Shown here: positions 40,961-48,417 of the stretch, piece by piece
How positions within the stretch are numbered: the stretch's first letter is position 1
Layout of the letters: each line of letters begins with the position of its first letter
Source: Candidatus Woesearchaeota archaeon
GTDB lineage: Archaea; Nanobdellota; Nanobdellia; Woesearchaeales; GW2011-AR4
NCBI GenBank assembly: GCA_016181305.1
Contig: JACOZN010000012.1
Coordinates: 965-64,964 of the forward strand
Length of the DNA stretch: 64,000 nucleotides
Direction of reading: 5' to 3'
Translations under genes and position numbers: made by a program
Notes under the pieces: generated by a model
What the model saw: the letters and a program-made list of their open reading frames with translations, nothing else
Database searches by the model: none
Told to the model about the DNA's origin: nothing

Positions 40961-41131
40961 TCATTCCTTTTTATCGTTACTTAATTCCCTCTGTATCAGC
41001 TCCAAGTCGTACATCTTCTGCTCCATCAGCTCCCTGGCTAGCATTGACTTCTTCTTGCCAAGCTTTCTGGAAACCTTTTCCAGCAGCTCGTTGATTTCTT
41101 TTGATACAGTAATGCGTATTTGAATACTCAT
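40961..41131 (-). CDS. Ribbon-helix-helix (CopG-like) regulator (56 aa)
   Basis: Not in track. MSIQIRITVSKEINELLEKVSRKLGKKKSMLARELMEQK fits the RHH beta-alpha-alpha pattern. Confidence 0.8.
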   Translation of the reverse strand: MSIQIRITVSKEINELLEKVSRKLGKKKSMLARELMEQKMYDLELIQRELSNDKKE

Positions 41132-41141
41132 TTTTACCTAT

Positions 41142-41272
41142 TAGTATACATTTTTTATACTTATTTAAGTATAACTATTTAAAGTTTCCTATTAAAAAAC
41201 AGCCATAAATTCAATAATTTATACATAAAATAGTATAAATAAAGTATTAATAAAGAATTAATAAAGTATATA
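41142..41272. promoter_or_regulatory. Divergent promoter with repeated AGTATA/TATACT boxes (candidate RHH operators)
   Basis: At least five AGTATA/TATAC(T) hexamers around the TATA boxes. Confidence 0.4.
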
Positions 41273-41330
41273 TAAGGCTTACAAAACAAAATAACAAACT
41301 TTAAATACAATATGCTTCAAAAAAGCATTA

Positions 41331-42557
41331 ATGGCTGAAAAAAGTCTGGCTGATTACATTAAAAGCATGTCCCAAAAGGGCTACGATTCTTCCTCAATAA
41401 GGAACATATTGCTAAGGTATGGCTACAGCCAAAGGGATATTGACAGCGCAATGGGCTCTGCCACAAGCCATACCATAAGGCATGAAATTCATTTGTCCCA
41501 TACAACTGCATTGGTGATTATATTCCTCATTGTTTCTGCTGTGGGGGCTGTATCACTCATTTACCACAGCCCGTCAAAAACTCCCTCAAAGCTGCTGGAC
41601 CTGAACCTTGAGCCTGTGGCAACTACAGTCGAGGCGGGGCAAAACATTGTTTTTCTCAAGGAGCTTTCCAACCTAGGCTCTTCAGAAAGATATGATGTTG
41701 TCATAAAGCAGGATCTCATAGATCCGTTGACAAGCAGGATAATAACCCAAAAAATCGAGACAAGGGCAATAGAAACTTTCGGCTCGACACAGACAAGGAT
41801 TCTCGTGCCAAAAGAAGCAAAGCCTGGCGACTATATTTTAAGGGCTGTGGTAGAATACGGGGATAAAAAGGCAATTGCCACCCTGCCTGTAAAAATCGTG
41901 TCTTTTGCCGCTGAAACCTGTTTTGACGGCATAAAAAACCAGGACGAATCGTCTGCTGACTGCGGCGGAGCCTGCAAGCCCTGCGAAACCCAGGCAATTG
42001 AATGTGATGACAACAACCAATGCACGAATGATGTCGTGGAAAACGGCGCTTGCATAAACAAGCCGATAGCGCCATGCTGCGGGAACAAGGTATGCGAAGC
42101 TGAGGAGCAGGGCAGCTGCAGTGCAGACTGCATAAAAATTGAGCAACCCGCAATATCAAGCGAAACTCTGGACGACATAAAAGAGCTTGCAAGAGTTGAT
42201 CCGGCTAAGGCGCTGCAGCAGTGCATGAGGCAGGAGCTCCCCGACTATAAGGACGAGTGCATAAGCAACATTGCAGAGGTCCAGCGCAGCAAAGGCTACT
42301 GCCCGCAGATAACAAGCCCGAGGGCGAGGGATGTGTGCTATTTGAACATCGCAAAGCTTGCCAACGACAACTCAATATGCAGGGACATATCCACAGAAGG
42401 CAGGCGTGATTCATGCTACATGACATTTGTGCTCGACAACAAGGATTATTCAGTCTGCGGCAGCATAACAAACAAGCAGCTCAGGCAGTCATGCGAGTCA
42501 TTGAGGCAGCTGAATGACTTGAATCAAGCATCACAAAATCAAGCAGAGATTAGTTAG
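41331..42557 (+). CDS. Single-pass membrane protein with Ig-like domain and Cys-rich repeats
   Basis: Cytoplasmic 'KGY...I...L...GY' domain, one TM, CFDGIKNQDE..DCGGAC and repeated C..I......D.C units. Confidence 0.8.
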   Translation: MAEKSLADYIKSMSQKGYDSSSIRNILLRYGYSQRDIDSAMGSATSHTIRHEIHLSHTTALVIIFLIVSAVGAVSLIYHSPSKTPSKLLDLNLEPVATTVEAGQNIVFLKELSNLGSSERYDVVIKQDLIDPLTSRIITQKIETRAIETFGSTQTRILVPKEAKPGDYILRAVVEYGDKKAIATLPVKIVSFAAETCFDGIKNQDESSADCGGACKPCETQAIECDDNNQCTNDVVENGACINKPIAPCCGNKVCEAEEQGSCSADCIKIEQPAISSETLDDIKELARVDPAKALQQCMRQELPDYKDECISNIAEVQRSKGYCPQITSPRARDVCYLNIAKLANDNSICRDISTEGRRDSCYMTFVLDNKDYSVCGSITNKQLRQSCESLRQLNDLNQASQNQAEIS

Positions 42558-42588
42558 AAAACAATTAAAAAAATCATTAAAATTAAAT

Positions 42589-42730
42589 AAAATCACGAGA
42601 GCGACTTTATCGAAAATCCATTGGATTTTCGGAAATGATCGGAAATGCAAAGCATTTGCCGACATTGTGATTAACAGCAAGATGAAAGTGAACCGCTTTT
42701 AATGAGTTTAGTAAATCAGTAGGCGAGGCA
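42589..42730 (+). ncRNA. Candidate structured RNA motif, copy B (with inserted hairpins)
   Basis: Shares a 15-mer and downstream blocks with 14461-14565. Confidence 0.45.
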
Positions 42731-42733
42731 AAT

Positions 42734-44575
42734 ATGTATATATTCAAGCACAGGCAAAAACTGCGGAAAAAGAGGATTTACAGCAAAGCCCAGATGTCTG
42801 TATTCTGGATTATGGGCTTGGTTATGTTTATAGCGCTGGTTGCAGGCTTGTTCGTCTATAACGACTTAAGGACGGCTAAGATTAAGGAAGGGGCAAAAAA
42901 TGACCTGAGCTCGCAGGCAGAGGAAATTGAGAAATTTGTGAACGACTGCATAAGAAAAGAGGCGTTTGAGGGATTGAAAAGGCTTGGGCAGACTGGCGGC
43001 TATCTTGAAATCCCGAAAATCATAAGCTTCAAGGGCACAGGCTATTGGTACCTGGATGAGGTTAACATACAGCCAATCCTCAACCAGACTCAGGAAAGGC
43101 TGCTCGAGCACATCAGTGCAAACGTGCCAAAATGCGTTGACGACGAAAGAATAAAAGAGCTTGGGTTTGCAGTCCAAAAAGGGGCTATAAAAACGACAAT
43201 CGAGTTCGGAAATGCCGATGTGACAGTGAAGATAGAGTATCCAATAAGGCTTGAGAGGGAAAAATTCACAAAGGATTTCTCTGGTTTTTTCAACTCTTTT
43301 GACATAAGGTACAGGGCTGTGTTCGAGGCTGCCACAGAGGTGAATGAAAGGCTTTTCGACGCTGACTTCGACATCAAGAACCCATTGAAAAAATTGGATT
43401 ACCTGAAAAGCCTTGAATTTGATGTGTCATACAAGAGCCCTGAAACTGATGTAATGGTGTTTACAGTAACAGACAAGAAATCAATTCTGCCGACAAATGA
43501 GCTTTATACTTTCAGCTTTGCTGCGAGGCTCGGCACCTCTGACTTGAAGAAGTTCATTGACTTGCAGGACAACAGCGCCACAAATCCGGTATTTTTGCCC
43601 TACACAATTTATTCTGTTGACAAGAAGGCTCAGCTTGACATTTCATCAGGAACAACAATAAGCCTTGAAGGGCAGCCTGTAAAGGCGATAAGCGTTGAGC
43701 AAGCTTATCCAAATGAAGTCACAACAAAAGACGTCCCTGTCTACAAGAAAAACGACAAGATAATGCAAAAGCAGGACATAATCTATGTGATAGACAATCC
43801 CATATATACCTTTGAGCCTTCCGGGATTTTATTCAACAAGCACCAAAAGCTGGCTTTGTATTATGAGGATGAAATAAAGGCGAGCAAAGGCGTTGGAATT
43901 CTAATGGGAAAGAATGGCTTCTGGATTCCTATTCCGTCAAAGCACGAGCCTGAGCAGAAAAGGGTGTTTGCCAGCATACTAGGGTTTACTGAATTTACTG
44001 CTGTGAACTGCGCATCGCAAAAACTCAAGACAACAATTGCAGAGCATTTCTTTGAGCCAGCCCCTCCATGTTTTATATTCGGGGCATTGAGCATAATTGC
44101 TGTATTGGCAGTGGTTGTTACGCTTATCGGTGGTGGGCCTGTATTATTCGGACTTTTTGGCGGTCCAACTGCTGCTGAAGGTGGAATTATAAGTGCCATA
44201 GGCCAAGGCTTTATTAGCGGTTCAGAAGCTATCGGCATCGGCGGCATTACTTTTGGTGCTACCGCTGCCACAGTTGGAACTGTCCTTACAGGGCTAACAT
44301 TAGTTACTATAGCAGGCTCTATACTCGGAGCCACAACAGACGTCTTCTACGAAAAATCCCCTGAAAACTGCGAAACTTTCTATCCAGTCTGCGACCAGAA
44401 CATAAATATAGAAAAAGAGCTGAAAGACGGCACAGGGGACTGCATTCCGGACAGCGGCGCAAGGGTTGCCGCAGGAGCGCCTGCAAACGTATGCGCCCAG
44501 GTGAAGAAATGCGACTCATTGAGCAAGTTCTTCTGCAAGCCGTGCAGCGTGAAGTGTAGTGCGCAGTTTTATTGA
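42734..44575 (+). CDS. Class III signal (pilin-like) protein with Gly-rich hydrophobic C-terminal region and Cys-rich tip
   Basis: KAQ|MSVFWIMGLV; FVNDCI...GLKRLGQTGGY; ~85-aa Gly/Ala/Ile stretch. Confidence 0.75.
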   Translation: MYIFKHRQKLRKKRIYSKAQMSVFWIMGLVMFIALVAGLFVYNDLRTAKIKEGAKNDLSSQAEEIEKFVNDCIRKEAFEGLKRLGQTGGYLEIPKIISFKGTGYWYLDEVNIQPILNQTQERLLEHISANVPKCVDDERIKELGFAVQKGAIKTTIEFGNADVTVKIEYPIRLEREKFTKDFSGFFNSFDIRYRAVFEAATEVNERLFDADFDIKNPLKKLDYLKSLEFDVSYKSPETDVMVFTVTDKKSILPTNELYTFSFAARLGTSDLKKFIDLQDNSATNPVFLPYTIYSVDKKAQLDISSGTTISLEGQPVKAISVEQAYPNEVTTKDVPVYKKNDKIMQKQDIIYVIDNPIYTFEPSGILFNKHQKLALYYEDEIKASKGVGILMGKNGFWIPIPSKHEPEQKRVFASILGFTEFTAVNCASQKLKTTIAEHFFEPAPPCFIFGALSIIAVLAVVVTLIGGGPVLFGLFGGPTAAEGGIISAIGQGFISGSEAIGIGGITFGATAATVGTVLTGLTLVTIAGSILGATTDVFYEKSPENCETFYPVCDQNINIEKELKDGTGDCIPDSGARVAAGAPANVCAQVKKCDSLSKFFCKPCSVKCSAQFY

Positions 44576-46149
44576 GGGTTATTTTTAAAATGATTGTAGT
44601 AAGCCATAACTTCTTTTACATAATCCCTCGTAGTGTAACCTGGCACAATAACTACATCAGGAACTGAGCGCTCTTTGGCGACTCTGGTGGGGCCAGCCTT
44701 GCTGTAACCTGCAGCAATCAATTGTAAGTTCCCGTTAAAGCGTTCTGTAAGATATGTGAGGACAGCCATTGATGCATCAGTAGCTGTATACTTATCCTTT
44801 TTAACTTCATTCCAGTCGTATGTCCCATATACTTCCCTTTGATTGACATCCTTCACAGCTATGTAGTTTAAGTGTCCTATCCCGTGATTTCCTTGGCTTG
44901 GTCCTACATAAGGGTCAAATTTTGACTCAACTGCAAATATGGCTTTGACAAGATTTTTATCAACTTTTAAGCTGGACAATTCTATCCTATTCACAATATC
45001 CTGATTTTTCGGAATATTTGTTTTTTCAACTAATCCTATATCCCTCTTAAACCTCTCACTTTCTCCCGATGGTATTTCAGCGTTGAACTTTACGCCCCTA
45101 ATTACAACTTCAGCATTTGTATTTGACTCAGTATTAGGCGGAATATTGGGATTCCATTTTACATTCGGCACCCTTATCTGCACATTCGAGTCTTTGTATT
45201 GAATCTCTGCATCGCCGTTTTTCAGGGCATTTAATAGCTTGATATTCTGGTCCGCATTATTTGCGCTCCTGTATGTTTCTCCCGGGAAAGTTTCTTCATA
45301 TTTTATTTTCCTCGCCTCGAAATTATTGCTGCCATAGCCTGCCTCCTTGAATACATCAGATATGGATTTGTCAGTGCCCAAAACAACAAAATTCCTTACA
45401 GGAGTAAGTGTATAGCCCAAATCATCCTCGACAAAAGAAAACCTGACCGGGCGGTTTTCAGCCATCAATTTAATGCCGTCAAATATCGTCTCTTCCTGCC
45501 GCGGCAGCACATATATATTGCTGTTTGCAAAGTCTATATAACGTTTATCGGATTTGCTAAATTTGTATCCTTTGCCGTCAAAGACTATGTCTGCTCCGGG
45601 AAGAGTTGTTGTCTTAGAATCGCCCTCAAACCTTATTGTATTTGTCTTTTCGTTATAGAAAAACTTGGTGTTTTTCCCTATTTTCTGCTCTAAAACCCTG
45701 GAGTTGTCGCCAGCAACGCCGCTAATCTCGCTGGAATATTGGTTGTATTTAACCCCATTGGAGTTTTCTATGGGCAAGCCATTAAACGGGCTATTTTTAA
45801 TTGAAAACACACCCTTTTCAATTGAAAAGCCGTCCAGTTGTTTGGAGTATGTGCCCTTGCCGGTAAACACTGCTCCGCTGTCTTTAAGAGTGGCAGTTGC
45901 ATCAACAACGCGAACCTTGCCGAGAAAATCAGCTGGAATTTCAGCAGAGCTTCCGAAAGTTAATGTCAGGGAATTTGATTCTTTATTGTAGTAAAAACTA
46001 TCGCCCACTATTTTAATGCCTATATTTTTATCAATCCATTTTGCCCTGTCTTCTTGTGTTCCACACTTGTCATAGTCGTCGCATGCGCCCTGCACAAAGG
46101 CACCAAGCGCAAAAAGTGCAATAATCCAGACCAAAATTATTTTTTTCAT
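44569..46149 (-). CDS. Secreted protein with C-terminal lytic transglycosylase (SLT) domain
   Basis: Signal peptide MKKIILVWII...; LVKAIFAVESKFDP, GIGHL (GLMQL-like), AAGYSKAGP (AYNAG-like), TRDYVKEV. Confidence 0.8.
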   Translation of the reverse strand: MKKIILVWIIALFALGAFVQGACDDYDKCGTQEDRAKWIDKNIGIKIVGDSFYYNKESNSLTLTFGSSAEIPADFLGKVRVVDATATLKDSGAVFTGKGTYSKQLDGFSIEKGVFSIKNSPFNGLPIENSNGVKYNQYSSEISGVAGDNSRVLEQKIGKNTKFFYNEKTNTIRFEGDSKTTTLPGADIVFDGKGYKFSKSDKRYIDFANSNIYVLPRQEETIFDGIKLMAENRPVRFSFVEDDLGYTLTPVRNFVVLGTDKSISDVFKEAGYGSNNFEARKIKYEETFPGETYRSANNADQNIKLLNALKNGDAEIQYKDSNVQIRVPNVKWNPNIPPNTESNTNAEVVIRGVKFNAEIPSGESERFKRDIGLVEKTNIPKNQDIVNRIELSSLKVDKNLVKAIFAVESKFDPYVGPSQGNHGIGHLNYIAVKDVNQREVYGTYDWNEVKKDKYTATDASMAVLTYLTERFNGNLQLIAAGYSKAGPTRVAKERSVPDVVIVPGYTTRDYVKEVMAYYNHFKNNPQ

Positions 46150-46150
46150 C

Positions 46151-46921
46151 CTATTTTTCCATCGCAAAGCTGAATATGTAGTCATCTCCATCCACTTTAG
46201 TTGCATTGTCAAAAATAGTGAAAATCATAGAATCTTTCTCTGAAACAACATCAATAAAGACATTGTTTTCCGAGGCCAAGTCGATGAGGCAGTCTATGCA
46301 CAAGGCTCCATTGTCCCTTATTTTGCCTTCTGTTATGTTTGAAGCTAGGATGTATATTGTATTGAGCCTGACAGGGACCTCCGCCCTGAAATAGGGTATT
46401 TGAGTTTCTGCGCCTTCCTTGGAAATTGTAATTGGATAATTAATGTCAACTAAAACGCTTTCAGTGCCTATGGTTGATTTGACAGAGATGGCGCCTCCTT
46501 CAATCCTTGCCCCCTGGAAGTCCTGAAGCCCCTCAATGCATTGCGGCAGCTGCTCCGCTACATAGCCCGATATCTGCATCTCGACAGAGCTTCTTGAAGG
46601 CATTGTATTCCTGCTTTGATAGGCATAGTAAGGCACCTCGTCGTAGAAATAGGTTAGCTTTGGTTCAGGCACCTTGTAGTATCCCCCGTACAATCCCGTG
46701 TAAACAACTGAGTCTTTGGCTGTTTCACTCACGCAGAAATCAATGTTCAGCTTGGCAGGCAGCAGCGAGGAGGGCGCGTCTGCAACATTGACAATTTCGC
46801 TTGCTGCTTCAGCCTCCGCCCTTGTTTTGTTTATAGCAACATAGCTGATGAAAGAAGCAGCTATCACCAGCACTAGCCCAAATATAAGAAACAATGCAAC
46901 TTGGGTTTTTTTGCTCGCCAT
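46151..46921 (-). CDS. Class III signal (pilin-like) protein, short paralogue
   Basis: KKTQ|VALFLIFGLVL; IDFCV...VVYTGLYGGY. Confidence 0.75.
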   Translation of the reverse strand: MASKKTQVALFLIFGLVLVIAASFISYVAINKTRAEAEAASEIVNVADAPSSLLPAKLNIDFCVSETAKDSVVYTGLYGGYYKVPEPKLTYFYDEVPYYAYQSRNTMPSRSSVEMQISGYVAEQLPQCIEGLQDFQGARIEGGAISVKSTIGTESVLVDINYPITISKEGAETQIPYFRAEVPVRLNTIYILASNITEGKIRDNGALCIDCLIDLASENNVFIDVVSEKDSMIFTIFDNATKVDGDDYIFSFAMEK

Positions 46922-47075
46922 CTTTTTTGCCCGTTATTTCTTTATCTTAAATCATACTTAATAAATCTTTTGCGGAGCCCTGATTTTGCCGTATTTGCCT
47001 AAGAAATTTTATATAAAATATATAATGTAAAAACAAAAGCTTTAAATATAACATCGTTATAAGTAGCTCAATAAA

Positions 47076-47165
47076 ATGGCAAATGGCATAAAGTGGATGG
47101 AAGTGAGTATTCTAAGTCTAATTAGGACTATCCACACAACAGCTACAACAGCTGTGATGTGCTGA
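47076..47165 (+). CDS. Small ORF with Thr-rich end (MANGIKWMEVSILSLIRTIHTTATTAVMC), leader-peptide-like
   Basis: TTTAAATA at 47041-47048; 29 aa with 5 Thr in the last 12 residues. Confidence 0.45.
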   Translation: MANGIKWMEVSILSLIRTIHTTATTAVMC

Positions 47166-47214
47166 TTGCCAATTTTAACCTTAATTTTCTAAAACAAGAT
47201 TGGAGGTGTTAAAA

Positions 47215-47328
47215 TTGGTACAAAAGACTAAACTAAGCAATGCGGAAAAGAAAGATTTTGAAGAATTCCTTCAAAATTTGTTGGTAGTAGACTTCAACAA
47301 CCGAAATGAAGAATCGAAATACAAGTGA
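47215..47328 (+). CDS. Small protein (37 aa, TTG start)
   Basis: GGAGGTG RBS at 47202-47208; MVQKTKLSNAEKKDFEEFLQNLLVVDFNNRNEESKYK. Confidence 0.6.
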   Translation: MVQKTKLSNAEKKDFEEFLQNLLVVDFNNRNEESKYK

Positions 47329-47375
47329 AAATGGGATATAAACATTTAAATATCCACTGGCTTGACAGCCATTTC

Positions 47376-47417
47376 ATGATTAGGCAAGATTATTATAGAT
47401 GCTGTTATTGTTGCTAG
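47376..47417 (+). CDS. Putative Cys-rich leader peptide (MIRQDYYRCCYCC, 13 aa)
   Basis: 4 Cys in the last 5 codons; TTTAAATA at 47345-47352, 23 nt before the ATG; same strand, upstream of tRNA-Cys and cysS. Confidence 0.65.
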   Translation: MIRQDYYRCCYCC

Positions 47418-47515
47418 TTCTGGTTGTTTTTACTTAAGCGAGGCGGTATATCCCTAAAAATATATCCAAATTATTTTTTCACAAAATTTGTGTTTTCCAA
47501 AAAAATGGTTTTATT

Positions 47516-48277
47516 ATGAAAACAAAATATTATACTCAAAAATTGAATTTTTATGAATTGGTAGGTATAATTTTAGGAGATGGCTGCATCTACAATTACC
47601 CCACTAAAGGGATATACGGGCTTGAAATTTCAGGAAATGCTGAAGAAGATCATGAATATTTTTTGAAAATTTCAAGTTTTATTGAAAATTTAATCGGCAA
47701 AAAACCTAGGATAGTTACAAAAATTGAAAAACTTGGCAAAAGTCTAAGGCTGGTAGTTTATAGCAAAAAATTTGCTGAATACCTAATTAATGATATCGGC
47801 ATAACGTGTCAAAATAAAACTTTTGAGGGGGCTATCCCGAGAAGGTTTTTAGATTGGAAATATATCCGACATATTATAAGGGGACTCTTTGAAACGGATG
47901 GTTCGTTATATTTTTCAAAAGTTAAAGGGGTTTCTCGCTATCCAAGAGTCGAAATTAAAACCTCCAGCAAGATACTTGCAAATCAAATCATTGATATTTT
48001 AGAGCAAAAATCTTTTAAACCACATAAAAGAACCAATACATCGGATAGCACAATTGGAATATACGTGAGTGGCCCAATAATGTTAGAAAAATGGGTTCAA
48101 GAAATCGGGTTTGGAAGCAATAAAAATTTAAGTAAATACTTAGTTTGGAAGAAACTAGGATATTACATACCTAAAACCTCCTTAAATGAGAGAATAAACA
48201 TATTAAATGATGAAAATCATATTCAAGCGAGGGTGCCCAAGCGGCTAATTGTTACAGCAGAATGTACAAGTCGGTAG
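47516..48277 (+). CDS. Free-standing two-motif LAGLIDADG homing endonuclease
   Basis: ELVGIILGDGCI and IIRGLFETDGSL motifs; AT-rich; 3' end runs into the tRNA. Confidence 0.88.
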   Translation: MKTKYYTQKLNFYELVGIILGDGCIYNYPTKGIYGLEISGNAEEDHEYFLKISSFIENLIGKKPRIVTKIEKLGKSLRLVVYSKKFAEYLINDIGITCQNKTFEGAIPRRFLDWKYIRHIIRGLFETDGSLYFSKVKGVSRYPRVEIKTSSKILANQIIDILEQKSFKPHKRTNTSDSTIGIYVSGPIMLEKWVQEIGFGSNKNLSKYLVWKKLGYYIPKTSLNERINILNDENHIQARVPKRLIVTAECTSR

Positions 48278-48371
48278 GGGAGCGGCTGCAAAGCAGCCAT
48301 ACGAGCTTTTCAAGCGATGAAATGATTGCGCCAAGCCCGCTTTATCATGGGTTCGAGTCCCATCCCTCGCT
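48227..48371 (+). tRNA. tRNA-Cys(GCA) with two introns (48248-48275 at about 21/22; 48292-48335 at 37/38)
   Basis: Acceptor GCGAGGG/CCCTCGC, U73, T arm ATGGG-TTCGAGT-CCCAT, anticodon stem AGCGG/CCGCT, GCA at 48288-48290; BHB-type junctions. Confidence 0.9.
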
Positions 48372-48417
48372 TTTTTAATAAAAACAATTAAAAACATGCA
48401 AAATAATTTCTTGTAAA

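Noticed and set aside
47516..48277. LAGLIDADG as an intein or intron-encoded ORF
   Set aside because: No Hint splicing motifs or host frame; it lies upstream of, not within, the tRNA introns.
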